DNA of 63,602 nt, filler included, from 7 parts of 7 records of this genome joined end to end with filler, not necessarily neighbours in it; one strand, 5' to 3'; shown: positions 42,178-53,029, counted from the whole stretch's first letter. Notes: generated by a model from the letters alone, not told the origin. Program-made: numbers and translations.

Positions 42178-43701
42178 ATGAATGACATCGCCACACTTCA
42201 GGATGCGCGCAGCGACAAAACGGACGCGGCAACACCGTCGGTGATCACCTCCTATGCGGGGGCGGTGCCCCATAACATCGAGGCCGAACAGCAACTTCTG
42301 GGCGCGCTTTTGACCAACAACGACGTGTTCGACAAAATCGCTTCGATCATCTCGCCCGACCATTTTTTCGACCCGGTGCACAAAGACATTTACGAGAAGG
42401 CTCAGGAGCGCATTCAAAAGAATATGCTCGCCTCTCCGGTGACGTTGAAAGCCTATATGGAGGACCATGAAGGCCTCAAAGAGTTGGGCGGCCCGGCCTA
42501 TTTGGCGCGTCTGGCGGCGAGTGCCATTTCGACCTATGCAGTGCGTGATTACGCCCAATTGATCTATGATCTGTTCCTGCGCCGACAGTTGATTGAGCTT
42601 GGCAATGAGATTGCGGGTTCTGCCGCCTCCGGCTCCGACATCCGCGATCCGGGCGAACAAATCGTGGCCGCCGAACAGCGGCTCTACACGCTGGCCGAGC
42701 AGGGCAAGGGCGAAACGGGCTTCACCTCCTTCCTCTCCGCCGTCACCCAAGCCGTGCTCAACGCCAACGCCGCCTATGAGCGCGGTGGCGGCATGGCGGG
42801 GATTCAGACCCACCTCAACGATCTCGACAAAAAGATGGGCGGCTTGCACAAATCCGACTTGATCATCTTGGCCGGACGTCCGTCGATGGGCAAAACCTCG
42901 CTCGCCACCAACATCGCCTTCAACATTGCCAAGGCCTATAAAAAGGGCACGCTGCCGGATGGCCGCACGGGCGCGGTCGAAGGCGGGGTTGTTGGGTTCT
43001 ATTCGCTTGAGATGAGCGCCGAACAGCTGGCGGCGCGGATCCTGGCCGAGGCCTCCGAGATTTCGTCGCATAAAATTCGCCAGGGCGACATGACCGAGGA
43101 TCAGTTTCGCCGCTTTGTCGAGGCCGCCAAAACGCTTGAGACCTGCCCGCTTTATATCGACGACACCCCGGCCATTCCGATTTCGCAATTGGCGGCGCGC
43201 GCCCGGCGGTTGCAGCGCACACATGGGTTGGACCTGTTGATCATCGACTATTTGCAACTGGTGCGCGGCACCGCACGCAGCCAAGGCAACCGGGTGCAGG
43301 AGATCGGCGAGATTTCCATGGGTCTCAAAGCCATCGCCAAGGAACTCAATATCCCGGTGATCGCGCTGTCGCAGCTCAGCCGGACGGTGGAGAGCCGCGA
43401 CGACAAACGACCGCAGCTTTCGGATTTGCGTGAATCCGGTTCGATCGAGCAGGACGCCGATGTGGTGATGTTTGTCTATCGCGGCGAATATTACAAAGAG
43501 CGCGAAAAGCCCGAAGAGCATGATATGGAGGCCACAACGCGCTGGGTCGAGGATATGGAACGGCTGCACGGCAAGGCCGAAGTCATCCTTGGCAAACAAC
43601 GTCACGGTCCGATTGGCACGGTGGAACTGAGCTTTGAGGCGGAATTCACCCGCTTTGGCAACCTTGTTCAGCCTTGGCAACAAAACGAACCCGAATACTA
43701 A
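42178..43701 (+). CDS. dnaB: Replicative DNA helicase
   Basis: PHNIEAEQ, GRPSMGKT, SLEMS, IDYLQL, LSQLSR, DLRESGSIEQDAD and KQRHGP motifs. Confidence 0.97.
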   Translation: MNDIATLQDARSDKTDAATPSVITSYAGAVPHNIEAEQQLLGALLTNNDVFDKIASIISPDHFFDPVHKDIYEKAQERIQKNMLASPVTLKAYMEDHEGLKELGGPAYLARLAASAISTYAVRDYAQLIYDLFLRRQLIELGNEIAGSAASGSDIRDPGEQIVAAEQRLYTLAEQGKGETGFTSFLSAVTQAVLNANAAYERGGGMAGIQTHLNDLDKKMGGLHKSDLIILAGRPSMGKTSLATNIAFNIAKAYKKGTLPDGRTGAVEGGVVGFYSLEMSAEQLAARILAEASEISSHKIRQGDMTEDQFRRFVEAAKTLETCPLYIDDTPAIPISQLAARARRLQRTHGLDLLIIDYLQLVRGTARSQGNRVQEIGEISMGLKAIAKELNIPVIALSQLSRTVESRDDKRPQLSDLRESGSIEQDADVVMFVYRGEYYKEREKPEEHDMEATTRWVEDMERLHGKAEVILGKQRHGPIGTVELSFEAEFTRFGNLVQPWQQNEPEY

Positions 43702-43800
43702 GACCCATTACATAAGGACATCGGACCCGCCCCCGGCGTGTTTTGAGCTTGCGTCTGGTTTTACGCTTGCACAGAGGCGCGTGGAGGGTCAAAAAACGCC

Positions 43801-44841
43801 ATGGCTACATCTGTTTTACATATTGATCTCACGGCTCTGACCGACAATTGGCGGGCGCTGGATCGTTTGACCGCCCCTTCTGTGGAAACCGCCGCCGTGA
43901 TCAAAGCGGACGCTTACGGGCTTGGCGTGGCCAAGGTCGGGCGGGCGCTGGTCAAAGCGGGCGTGAAAAAGTTTTTCGTGGCCGCCGCCGAAGAGGGTGT
44001 GGCCCTGCGCGCGGCCATCGGTCCCTCGCCCTGGATCGGCGTGTTTGGTGGTCATATGGCCGGTGACACCGACATGATCGCGGATATGCATCTTGTGCCG
44101 ATGCTCAATTCCCTGGATCAAATCACCCGCCATTTCGAAGCCCTCCCCGGCGCACCCTTCGGCATTCAACTCGACACCGGGATGAACCGTCTGGGCCTTG
44201 AGGCGCCCGAATGGGAGGCGGTCAAAGACCTGGTGATCAAAGCCCGCCCCGATCTGATCATGTCGCATCTGGCCTGTGCCGATGAGCCGGACCACCCGAT
44301 GAATGCGCACCAATTGGCGACCTTCCGCGAGATGACCGAGGGCTTGACCGTGCCGCGCGCCTTGTCGGCCACGGGCGGTATTTTGCTTGGGCCGGACTAT
44401 CATTTCGATCTGGTGCGTCCGGGCATCGGCCTTTACGGCGGCTTGCCCTATGAGGACAGCAAAGCCGTGGTGCGCCTCGAATGCCCCGTGATCCAGACCC
44501 GTGATGTCGCGCCCAATGAAACCGTCGGCTATTCCAACACATGGACCGCCGAGGCCCCCACCCGGATCGCCACGATTTCCGCCGGTTACGCCGATGGTAT
44601 TTCGCGCAAAATCTCCAACGCTGCGGTGCTGTTTGACGGCGACACCCCCTGCCCGTTGGTCGGCCGGGTGTCGATGGATTTGATCACGGTGGACATCACC
44701 CATCTGGACCATGTGCCCAAATCGCTTGATCTCTTGTGCGCGCATCAAACGGTCGATGATCTGGCCGATGTGGCGGGCACGATCGGCTATGAAATCCTGA
44801 CCTCTTTGGGCGGACGCTATCTGCGGCGGTATATCGGATGA
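43801..44841 (+). CDS. alr: Alanine racemase
   Basis: [43 protein letters not shown] and IGYE motifs. Confidence 0.96.
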   Translation: MATSVLHIDLTALTDNWRALDRLTAPSVETAAVIKADAYGLGVAKVGRALVKAGVKKFFVAAAEEGVALRAAIGPSPWIGVFGGHMAGDTDMIADMHLVPMLNSLDQITRHFEALPGAPFGIQLDTGMNRLGLEAPEWEAVKDLVIKARPDLIMSHLACADEPDHPMNAHQLATFREMTEGLTVPRALSATGGILLGPDYHFDLVRPGIGLYGGLPYEDSKAVVRLECPVIQTRDVAPNETVGYSNTWTAEAPTRIATISAGYADGISRKISNAAVLFDGDTPCPLVGRVSMDLITVDITHLDHVPKSLDLLCAHQTVDDLADVAGTIGYEILTSLGGRYLRRYIG

Positions 44842-45641
44842 GCACAACGCGCGCGGCCAACCCAATCTTGCACCTGCTGGCCCGTTTGGGGGCTGCGGTG
44901 TTGGGGACGTTTGCCGCCGTCGGCCGTTTGACGCTGTTCACGCTCTCGACCTTCCGCCACATGCTCACACCGCCGTTCTACAGCCGGGAATTCTTTCACG
45001 CCTTGATGAATGTCGGCTATCTGTCCTTGCCCGTTGTCGGCCTGACCGCGCTGTTTACGGGGGGTGCTTTGGCGTTGCAAATTTATGCCGGTGGCGCACG
45101 GTTTTCGGCCGAACAGGTGGTGCCACAAATCGTCGCCTTGGGCGTGGTCCGCGAACTCGGCCCGGTGATGGTCGGACTGATGATGGCAGCACGGGTCACC
45201 TCGTCGATTGCTGCCGAAATCGCCACGATGAAAGTCACCGAACAAATCGACGCGCTGGTCACCCTCTCGACCCACCCGATGAAATATCTCACCGCCCCGC
45301 GCGTTTTGGCCGGGCTGTTGACCGTGCCGTTTCTGGTCGCAGTGGGCGACACAGTAGGGGTGTTTGGCGGCTGGTTCGTGGCGATCAAGTCGCTCGATTT
45401 CAACTCCGCCACCTACCTCAAAAACACCATAGATTTCCTTGAGATGCCCGACATCGTGTCCTCATTGGTCAAGGGCGCAGCGTTTGGCGTCATCGCCACG
45501 TTGATGGGCTGTTATTTCGGGATGAATTCGGGCCGGGGCGCACAGGGCGTAGGTCAGGCGACCAAATCCTCTGTCGTTGCCGCCGCCGTATTGATTCTGG
45601 CTGCCAACTTCCTTTTGACACAGGCGTTTTTTGCCGCATGA
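44838..45641 (+). CDS. mlaE: MlaE-family ABC permease
   Basis: [23 protein letters not shown] and GVG motifs. Confidence 0.92.
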   Translation: MSTTRAANPILHLLARLGAAVLGTFAAVGRLTLFTLSTFRHMLTPPFYSREFFHALMNVGYLSLPVVGLTALFTGGALALQIYAGGARFSAEQVVPQIVALGVVRELGPVMVGLMMAARVTSSIAAEIATMKVTEQIDALVTLSTHPMKYLTAPRVLAGLLTVPFLVAVGDTVGVFGGWFVAIKSLDFNSATYLKNTIDFLEMPDIVSSLVKGAAFGVIATLMGCYFGMNSGRGAQGVGQATKSSVVAAAVLILAANFLLTQAFFAA

Positions 45642-46387
45642 TCACGCTCACCGACGTTCATAAATCCTTTGGCGCAAAACAGATCCTGCGCGGTGTCAAC
45701 CTGACGGTGGAGCGCGGCGAAAGCTGTGTCATCATCGGCGGATCGGGCACCGGGAAATCGGTCATGCTCAAATGCATTCTGGGCCTTGTGACCCCGGATC
45801 GAGGCACGATTACGGTCGATGGCGAAGAGGTCAGCGCCAGTGGCGACCGCGATGCGTTTTTGGCCCGGTTTGGCATGTTGTTCCAAGGCGCGGCCCTGTT
45901 TGACAGCCTTCCGGTCTGGCAAAACGTCGCCTTTCGCCTGTTGCGCGGCTCGTTGAAACGGCCCCGCCATGAGGCCCGCGAGATCGCGATTGAAAAACTG
46001 CGCCGGGTCGGGTTGTCGCCCGATGTGGCCGATCAATTTCCCGCCGAGCTGTCGGGCGGGATGCAAAAACGTGTGGGCCTTGCCCGCGCCATCGCCGCCG
46101 ATCCCGAGATCATTTTCTTTGACGAACCGACCACCGGATTGGACCCGATCATGGCCGGGGTGATCAATGAATTGATCCGCGAGATCGTGGTGGAAATGGG
46201 CGCGACCGCGCTGACCATCACCCATGACATGACCTCGGTGCGCGCGATCGCCGACAAGGTGGCGATGTTGCACGGCGGCAAAATCCGTTGGCACGGCCCC
46301 GTGGCGGAAATGGACACGGCAAACGACCCGTATCTCACCCAATTCATCACCGGCTCGGCGCATGGGCCGATTGAAACGGTTCGGTGA
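45638..46387 (+). CDS. mlaF: MlaF-family ABC ATPase
   Basis: GGSGTGKS, FQGAALFDS, LSGGMQKR and DEPTTGLDP motifs. Confidence 0.92.
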   Translation: MITLTDVHKSFGAKQILRGVNLTVERGESCVIIGGSGTGKSVMLKCILGLVTPDRGTITVDGEEVSASGDRDAFLARFGMLFQGAALFDSLPVWQNVAFRLLRGSLKRPRHEAREIAIEKLRRVGLSPDVADQFPAELSGGMQKRVGLARAIAADPEIIFFDEPTTGLDPIMAGVINELIREIVVEMGATALTITHDMTSVRAIADKVAMLHGGKIRWHGPVAEMDTANDPYLTQFITGSAHGPIETVR

Positions 46388-46875
46388 GGTTGCTCTTGTC
46401 TCGCCGCACCCAGCTTACCCTCCGCCGTCTCAATCTCTCCCTGTTGATCCTGTTCCCCGTTGCTTGGGTCGCGCCGCTGATGCGGGCGGGGTTTTTGCCG
46501 CTGTTTGGCCTCTCCGAAATTTCGGTTCTCTCTGGCATTGCGGGTCTTTGGCAGACCGACGTCTTTCTTGCCCTCATCGTTGTGCTCTTCGCCATTCTCG
46601 CCCCCATCGCCAAGGTGCTCTCCCTCGAAGCACTGATCTCGAACCGCCTCCCCGCGCGGGTCAAACCCTGGCTGTTTCACCTTGGCCGACTGGCCATGGC
46701 GGATGTGTTTTTGATCGCAATTTACATCACGGTCATCAAAGGCATCGGCGTTGGGCGGCTTGAGATCGGTTGGGGGCTTTACCTTTTTACCTTTTGTGTT
46801 TTGCTCAGTCTGGCTTTGAGTATTTTCACCACGGTAAAACCCGAAGACTTGCGCAGCGACCCCTTGAAAGACTAG
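46384..46875 (+). CDS. Paraquat-inducible protein A-like membrane protein
   Basis: 4 TM segments, AMADVF motif; translationally coupled to mlaF. Confidence 0.7.
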   Translation: MRLLLSRRTQLTLRRLNLSLLILFPVAWVAPLMRAGFLPLFGLSEISVLSGIAGLWQTDVFLALIVVLFAILAPIAKVLSLEALISNRLPARVKPWLFHLGRLAMADVFLIAIYITVIKGIGVGRLEIGWGLYLFTFCVLLSLALSIFTTVKPEDLRSDPLKD

Positions 46876-46906
46876 AACGAAGCAAGAACGAACAGGGAGC
46901 GCCAGA

Positions 46907-48277
46907 ATGGCCAAGGCACAAAAGAATTTCGTCTGTTCCAATTGCGGGGCGGTGACGACCAAATGGTCCGGGCGCTGTGACGGCTGTGGCGAATGGAACT
47001 CCATTTCCGAGGAAAAACCGTTGTCGGCCTCGGGTCCGGCGAAAAAGACGTTGGGTGGGCTGCGCGGCAAGGAAATCCCACTCTCCGCCCTGTCCGACAA
47101 AGAAGCCCCGCCCAAACGCACCTCCTGCGGCCTGACCGAGTTCGACCGGGTTTTGGGCGGCGGCTTGGTGCCATCTTCGGCCATCTTGGTCGGCGGCGAT
47201 CCGGGCATCGGCAAATCAACGCTTTTGCTGCAAGCGGCGGCGAAATTTGCCATGGCGGGACTGAAGGTCATCTATATTTCCGGCGAGGAATCCGCCGCCC
47301 AAGTGCGGATGCGGGCGCAACGGTTGGGCCTTGGCAATGCGCCGGTGCGGCTCGGGGCCGAAACCAACCTGCGCGATATTTTGACGACGCTTGAGGCGGA
47401 AATGCCCGATTTGGTGATCATCGACTCGATTCAAACCATGTGGGCCGACAATGTCGAAAGCGCACCGGGGTCGGTGTCTCAGGTGCGCGCGGCGGCGCAT
47501 GAATTGGTGACTTTTGCCAAATCGCGCGGTGTCTCGGTGGTTTTGGTCGGCCATGTCACCAAGGATGGGCAACTCGCCGGGCCGCGCGTGGTCGAGCATA
47601 TGGTCGATACGGTGCTCTATTTTGAAGGCGAGCGCGGGCATCATTTCCGGCTCTTGCGCGCGGTCAAAAACCGCTTTGGCCCGGCGCATGAGATTGGCGT
47701 GTTTGAAATGACCGGCGATGGGTTGCGCGAAGTGACCAACCCCTCCGCGCTCTTTCTGTCCGAACGCGATCAACCAGTGCCGGGATCGGTGGTTTTTGCC
47801 GGGATCGAGGGCACGCGGCCGGTGTTGGTCGAATTCCAGGCCCTCGTCGCCCCCTCGCCCCACGCCCAAGCCCGGCGCACAGTTGTGGGCTGGGACGGAT
47901 CACGTTTGGCGATGATCCTGGCGGTGCTCGAAAGCCGATGTGGTATTCCCTTTGCCGGGCTGGACGTTTATCTGAACGTTGCAGGTGGGATGAAAGTGTC
48001 GGAACCTGCCGCCGATCTGGCGGTGGCGGCGGCGTTGATTTCGGCTCGCGAAGATCAGGCTTTGCCAAAAGATTGTGTGGTTTTCGGGGAACTTTCGCTC
48101 TCAGGGAGCTTGCGACCCGTTGGTCAGACCGAAAACAGGTTGAAAGAAGCCAAAAAACTTGGTTTTTCATCGGCCATCGCCCCCGCCCGTTCCAAGGCTG
48201 GGGAAAAAAGCGGCATGGACGTCCGGCAGATGAGCGATCTGGTGGGGTTTGTCGGAGAGGTTTTTGGCGCGGGCTAA
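46907..48277 (+). CDS. radA: DNA repair protein RadA/Sms
   Basis: C4 zinc finger, GDPGIGKST, DSIQT, KNRFG and Lon-like C-terminal domain. Confidence 0.97.
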   Translation: MAKAQKNFVCSNCGAVTTKWSGRCDGCGEWNSISEEKPLSASGPAKKTLGGLRGKEIPLSALSDKEAPPKRTSCGLTEFDRVLGGGLVPSSAILVGGDPGIGKSTLLLQAAAKFAMAGLKVIYISGEESAAQVRMRAQRLGLGNAPVRLGAETNLRDILTTLEAEMPDLVIIDSIQTMWADNVESAPGSVSQVRAAAHELVTFAKSRGVSVVLVGHVTKDGQLAGPRVVEHMVDTVLYFEGERGHHFRLLRAVKNRFGPAHEIGVFEMTGDGLREVTNPSALFLSERDQPVPGSVVFAGIEGTRPVLVEFQALVAPSPHAQARRTVVGWDGSRLAMILAVLESRCGIPFAGLDVYLNVAGGMKVSEPAADLAVAAALISAREDQALPKDCVVFGELSLSGSLRPVGQTENRLKEAKKLGFSSAIAPARSKAGEKSGMDVRQMSDLVGFVGEVFGAG

Positions 48278-48305
48278 CGCGCTCAGAGTTCAAAAGAGAG
48301 GCGCC

Positions 48306-48860
48306 ATGGAAGGCTTTACAATCATCGACGGCATCGTCGCATTGGTCATCGTCGTATCGGCGATCCTGGCCTATTCACGCGGGTTTGTGCGCGAAGGCAT
48401 GGCGATTGCCGGATGGATCGTCGCCGCGATCCTTGGCTACATGTTTGCCCCCAAAGCCGTGCCTTTGGTCAAAGAAGTGCCCTATCTGGGCGATTACATC
48501 TCTGGATCTTGCGAACTCTCGGTAATCACTGGCTTTTTCGCGGTGTTCGCCGTGGCTTTGATCGTCGTGTCGATTTTTTCACCGCTGTTTTCCTCCGCCG
48601 TGCAACGCTCTGCCTTGGGCGGGGTGGATCAGGGGCTTGGTTTCCTGTTCGGCGTGATCCGTGGCATCATTTTGGTCGCCATCGCTTTGGTCATCGTTGA
48701 CCGCGTCTCGACTGGCGACCCAATCGCCGTGTTGGAAGACTCGCGCACCGCCAAAGTTTTTGCCCGCTCGCAAGATAAGCTGGACGAGAGCCTGCCCGAG
48801 GATGCGCCAGATTGGATCACCTCGCGCTATCAATCCTTGGTTTCGACCTGTACTGAGTAA
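48306..48860 (+). CDS. cvpA: CvpA family protein
   Basis: RGFVRE and DQGLGFLFGVIRG motifs; radA-cvpA-purF synteny. Confidence 0.9.
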   Translation: MEGFTIIDGIVALVIVVSAILAYSRGFVREGMAIAGWIVAAILGYMFAPKAVPLVKEVPYLGDYISGSCELSVITGFFAVFAVALIVVSIFSPLFSSAVQRSALGGVDQGLGFLFGVIRGIILVAIALVIVDRVSTGDPIAVLEDSRTAKVFARSQDKLDESLPEDAPDWITSRYQSLVSTCTE

Positions 48861-49061
48861 ATCACCATCCCTTCGGGCGGCACCGATCAAAAGCAGCCGC
48901 CCTTTTCATAAACCCCACCTTAAGAGCCACGGAACCCGCCCGTCTCACGACTGGAGCACAAGAAGTGATGAAATCTTTTGTGATCCTTTCGTGACACTGG
49001 GCCTCTTAGGTCTTAAAGGGTGGGACGAACCGCACAGCGTAGGATTCGGAGCTTGACCGAG

Positions 49062-49193
49062 ATGCTCGAAATGCCCCCCGCTCACCCTTTTGACGATGAC
49101 AAATTAAAAGAGGAATGCGGCGTTTTCGGCGCCGTTGGCGTTGCCGATGCCGCCTCTTTTATCGCCCTTGGCCTGCATGCGCTTCAGCATCGC
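49062..49193 (+). CDS. purF: Amidophosphoribosyltransferase, N-terminal fragment
   Basis: DDKLKEECGVFG...LGLHALQHR. Confidence 0.9.
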
Positions 49194-49293
49194 NNNNNNN
49201 NNNNNNNNNNNNNNNNNNNNNNNNNNNNNNNNNNNNNTTAATTAATTAANNNNNNNNNNNNNNNNNNNNNNNNNNNNNNNNNNNNNNNNNNNN
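49194..49293. other. Artificial spacer
   Basis: N-run / TTAATTAATTAA / N-run. Confidence 0.99.
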
Positions 49294-49929
49294 GCATTCG
49301 CCTTCCTTGATCGCCTTGACCTGACCACGATCGTTGCCCTGTGGCTTGCGTGCAAGGTTTGCTTTCAGCCCTTCGAGCCATGTTTTGGCTTCTTCTGTGC
49401 CGTGATGCGCAATCATCGAAGAAACCAGCGCGATATTGTAATCATGCGTACCAGAACGGGTACAAACGCGGCCCTTCCATTTCGGATCGGCAAGATCTTC
49501 GTATGTGGCAATTTCGCCCTCGGTCACACGGTCTTTCGATGCATAAAGAGCGCGACCACGCTGGGTCAGCGCGAACCACTGATCGTTTTCATCGCGCAAG
49601 TGGGCCGGAATATTTGCTTCCAGAACATCACTATTGACGGCGTCGGTGACACCGGCATCGACGGCTTCCTTGATGCGGCTGATATCGACGGTCATCAGGA
49701 CATCCGCCGGGCTGTTTGCACCTTCCTGCTTGATCCGCTCGACCAGACCTTTTTCCGCGAAGATCACATTGACCTTAACTCCGGTTTCCTTGGTGAAGCT
49801 CTCGAACAGGGGCTCAACAAGGAAAGGCTGGCGCAGGGAGTAGACATTCACTTCCTGTGCAGAGGCGGCCGAAGCCGTAACGGCGGCAGCACCCAACACC
49901 GTGCCACAGATGATTCTCCTGATATCCAT
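49294..49929 (-). CDS. Fe(3+) ABC transporter substrate-binding protein (FutA/FbpA), 3'-truncated
   Basis: Signal peptide; VNVYSLRQ, SPADV, YEDLADPKWKG, HDYN and PQGNDR motifs. Confidence 0.9.
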
Positions 49930-49969
49930 CGAAACGTTTCCCTTGAAATCTTTTCACCACGACATGCGT

Positions 49970-50019
49970 TTGCAAGTCACTTGCAACCAAACACCAGCAC
50001 TAATCGCAAATGATTCGCA
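49970..50019. promoter_or_regulatory. Two Fur(alpha)-like boxes
   Basis: Perfect TTGCAAGT-C-ACTTGCAA (49970-49986) and CGCAAAT-G-ATTCGCA (50005-50019) upstream of the iron SBP. Confidence 0.65.
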
Positions 50020-50088
50020 ATTCAATACAGATCACACAGAACGATCCCGTCGGTGTGAAACGTTTCACTTTACCGAAACCGGGATATC

Positions 50089-50922
50089 TTAAAGCAGATT
50101 GAATGATCCGGCGCTTGAAGCCCGCCAGGCGTCGAGGAATTCCTGATAAGCCGGAATATCCCCTGCCCGTTCCTCAAGCCATGCGACGGTCAGATTGATG
50201 GCGTGATTATAACCGTCATGATCGCTTAATCCGGTGTGGAGAACATAGCGAAGATAAAGAAGATAGGTGTTGAGAACATCCGTTTCGCAGTAACGACGAA
50301 TGCCTTCAATCTCGCCATTGTCATACATGTCCGAAACTTTGCTACCATCAACGCCGGTCTTGCCCGGAAGATCAAGGGCGGCACAGACCTCGTTCATTTT
50401 GGTTCTTGCGGATGCACCATAGTCGGAAAGAACTTCGCCAAGGTCACAATGCCAGTTTGGCGCATAACGCGACGTATAATTTTCCCACTTGTTGGCAGAT
50501 TGGTGTAACCACCGCGCACTCACCCCATGCTTCATCGCGCGATATTTTAAAACCGGCAGATCGAACCCACGACCATTGAAACTAACAAGCCTGGGATAAA
50601 GTTTACCGCAATAGGCAAAGAAACCATTCACAAGGTCCTTTTCCTCGCTGGTCAGATCACCACCGGAACGCAGTTCTTCGATCTCGTAAGTTTCAAGATT
50701 TCCGTCGCGCTGGATCGTGGCGCGCAGGAAACTGATCGCGACAACCTTGTGAAACGGCTGGCGCGGGAACCCGTTTCGACCATCGGTGATATCAAGATGA
50801 TATTTTTCGAGCATCTCGCGACCTGTTGCCGGATCAGGTGCGGTTTCGCCGGTCAATTGTGGCAGAACATCGATATCGGGAACGGTTTCGATATCAAAAA
50901 CAAACAGACTGTCATGCGTCAT
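50089..50922 (-). CDS. PolB-like DEDDy 3'-5' exonuclease
   Basis: FDIET, SFNGRGFDLPVL, HCDL and YCETD motifs. Confidence 0.88.
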   Translation of the reverse strand: MTHDSLFVFDIETVPDIDVLPQLTGETAPDPATGREMLEKYHLDITDGRNGFPRQPFHKVVAISFLRATIQRDGNLETYEIEELRSGGDLTSEEKDLVNGFFAYCGKLYPRLVSFNGRGFDLPVLKYRAMKHGVSARWLHQSANKWENYTSRYAPNWHCDLGEVLSDYGASARTKMNEVCAALDLPGKTGVDGSKVSDMYDNGEIEGIRRYCETDVLNTYLLYLRYVLHTGLSDHDGYNHAINLTVAWLEERAGDIPAYQEFLDAWRASSAGSFNLL

Positions 50923-51020
50923 GGTGCCCCCGGCGAAAATGCGTTTGGCGCAGCATAAACATGCCACAGGAAAGTTTCACGAACTTCCGGTCAAAATTCC
51001 ACCCCCGCAATCGTAAATAC

Positions 51021-51050
51021 ACTGACATCTCCTGACATCGTTGTCAGGAG
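51021..51050. repeat. 17-bp element ACTGACATCTCCTGACA with hairpin; inverted copy at 56663-56679
   Basis: Exact reverse complement match; local dyad CTCCTGACA-TCGT-TGTCAGGAG. Confidence 0.8.
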
Positions 51051-51276
51051 GAGCGTTTTAGACTGCAACCCATCATGGCACATCACAAGTCCGACAAATG
51101 TCGGCAAGCAGGGTTGCGTCATCTTTGGGCCCGAGGTTAAACTTTGACCTACCTGTATCAGGGGCAAAGTCCAGTCAGGGGACCAAATGAACAACCACTG
51201 GTGACATGACGGCATCCAACCGTCGGACATTGCATTTGATGCGCTTCCGGACCGTAGAAGATAATCAAAGGGAAAA

Positions 51277-52311
51277 ATGATGAACATCCTGCCTACCGGA
51301 GCCGCAATGCTTATGGCCGCTGGCCTTGCATTTTCCACGCACACAAGCGCACAGGCACAAGATGCCAGTTGCGAGATTGATCGCCCGGTGATGTTCGCCG
51401 GGCTGAATTATGACAGCGCGCTTTTCCACAATGCTGTCGCGCGCTTTATCATTGAAAAGGGTTATGGCTGCCAGACCGACGCCCTGCCCGGTGATGTGAT
51501 TCCGCTTTTGACCGGTGCGGGTAAAGGCGACATCGACGTTGTCATGGAAATCTGGCGCGATAACGTGGCGGACGCATGGAAAAAGGCAGAGGCCGCCGGA
51601 AATGTTACCCAAATCGGGGTGAATTTCGATGATGCGGTCGAAGGCTGGTTCGTGCCGCGTTATGTGATCGAAGGCGATAAGGAACGCGGGATCGAGCCGA
51701 TGGCGCCCGATCTGAAGTCGGTCGATGATCTGCCCAAATACGCCAAACTGTTCGAAGATGCCGAAGAACCGAACAAAGGCCGCTTTTACAATTGCCCGGC
51801 GGGCTGGGTTTGCGAAAAGGTCAATTCGGCGAAACTCGTGGCCTATGGCCTTGATGACAGCTTCACCAACTTCCGCCCGGGCACCGGTGCGGCGCTTTCT
51901 GCGGCAATCGCCTCTGCGCACAAGCGTGGCGAGCCGGCACTTTATTACTATTGGGGGCCGACATGGGTGATGGGTCTTTATGACAGCTATCGCCTTGAAG
52001 AACCGGCCTATGATCAGTCGATTTTCGACAAGCTGAAAACAGATACAAACCCGAAAAAAGCCACGGCCTATCCCGAAAGCACGGTTACGGTCGGGGTTAA
52101 TACGGAATTCATGAAATCAGCGCCCAGACTGATCGAATTCCTGACGCATTATGAAACCAGCAACGCCATGGTTTCGGAAATGCTGGCCTATATGCAGGAA
52201 AACGAAGAAAAGCCCGAAGATGCAGCACTTTATTTCCTGAAAGAAAAGCCGGACGTTTGGAAAGCCTGGGTGCCGGAGAAAGTGGCAGAGCGGGTTGAGG
52301 CCGCGCTTTAA
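51277..52311 (+). CDS. Glycine betaine/proline/histidine-type ABC substrate-binding protein (HisX/HutX-like)
   Basis: Signal peptide; GYGC, MEIW, EGWFVPRY, NCPAGW.C and YYWGPT motifs. Confidence 0.85.
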   Translation: MMNILPTGAAMLMAAGLAFSTHTSAQAQDASCEIDRPVMFAGLNYDSALFHNAVARFIIEKGYGCQTDALPGDVIPLLTGAGKGDIDVVMEIWRDNVADAWKKAEAAGNVTQIGVNFDDAVEGWFVPRYVIEGDKERGIEPMAPDLKSVDDLPKYAKLFEDAEEPNKGRFYNCPAGWVCEKVNSAKLVAYGLDDSFTNFRPGTGAALSAAIASAHKRGEPALYYYWGPTWVMGLYDSYRLEEPAYDQSIFDKLKTDTNPKKATAYPESTVTVGVNTEFMKSAPRLIEFLTHYETSNAMVSEMLAYMQENEEKPEDAALYFLKEKPDVWKAWVPEKVAERVEAAL

Positions 52312-52359
52312 AAACAGGTAGCAACCTGATCGCAATGCGGTCTTGCAAATATTGATCAC

Positions 52360-52386
52360 GGGGCAGATTTCGATCTGCCCCTTTTT
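52360..52386 (+). terminator. Intrinsic terminator
   Basis: GGGGCAGAT-TTCG-ATCTGCCCC-TTTTT. Confidence 0.85.
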
Positions 52387-52446
52387 GCTGCGCCTGCAAA
52401 ATTGGTTAGGGGTGGAAACAATCGAGGCAATCCGGATTGCCCCATT

Positions 52447-52941
52447 CTAGTCCACGGAAAACCGGTCGTATCCGGTCGGCGGCCTAGGGTCGACTTCTTC
52501 GGTATCCATCAGGCGGGCAACATGCTGCAATGAGGTCAGGATACGGCTGCGTTCGTTCATATCAAGCATTTCATAGCGCTGCATGAATTCACCGTCCATC
52601 AGCGGTGGCGTATCGCTCAGTACGGCAAGCCCCTTGTCGGTAAGGCGACTATTGACCACCCTCTTGTCATCCGCGTTGCGGGCCCGCTCGATAAAACCGC
52701 GATCTTCAAGCCGGTTCAGGATCGTCGTAACGGTTGCCTGACTAAGCGAGACGTGCCGCGAGATTTCCTTGACCGTCACCGCCCCCAATTCTTCGATTGC
52801 CAGAAGCACGACAAGCTGCGGAACAGTAAGACCACAAACCTTCATCACATGTTTTGAATGCAGATCGGTTGCACGAATGATCTGCCTCAGCGCGACCAGA
52901 ACATCGAGAAACTCTCTTCTTTTCTGCTGATCCGTGATCAT
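52447..52941 (-). CDS. MarR-family regulator (CosR/EctR-like)
   Basis: LVALRQIIRATDLHSK, GLTVPQL, LSQATVTTILNRLE and DKR motifs; divergent from proVWX. Confidence 0.88.
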   Translation of the reverse strand: MITDQQKRREFLDVLVALRQIIRATDLHSKHVMKVCGLTVPQLVVLLAIEELGAVTVKEISRHVSLSQATVTTILNRLEDRGFIERARNADDKRVVNSRLTDKGLAVLSDTPPLMDGEFMQRYEMLDMNERSRILTSLQHVARLMDTEEVDPRPPTGYDRFSVD

Positions 52942-52990
52942 ACGCGCCGTTCTCCCTGTCATGTTATCGGGCCAACTTAGCGCCATTATA

Positions 52991-53029
52991 ATTTGACATC
53001 AAATGTTTTGATCTGTAACTATCAAAACA
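52991..53029. promoter_or_regulatory. Candidate MarR/CosR operator
   Basis: Perfect ATTTGA-CA-TCAAAT (52991-53004), tandem TTTGA-TC-TGTAA (53007-53018); overlaps TTGACA. Confidence 0.6.

Noticed and set aside
42178-43701. Intein in DnaB (also checked LigA and RadA)
   Set aside because: Normal protein lengths and continuous motifs.
46384-46875. PqiA-like gene in the mlaEF-radA run as a novelty
   Set aside because: Appears to be ordinary conserved Rhodobacteraceae synteny.
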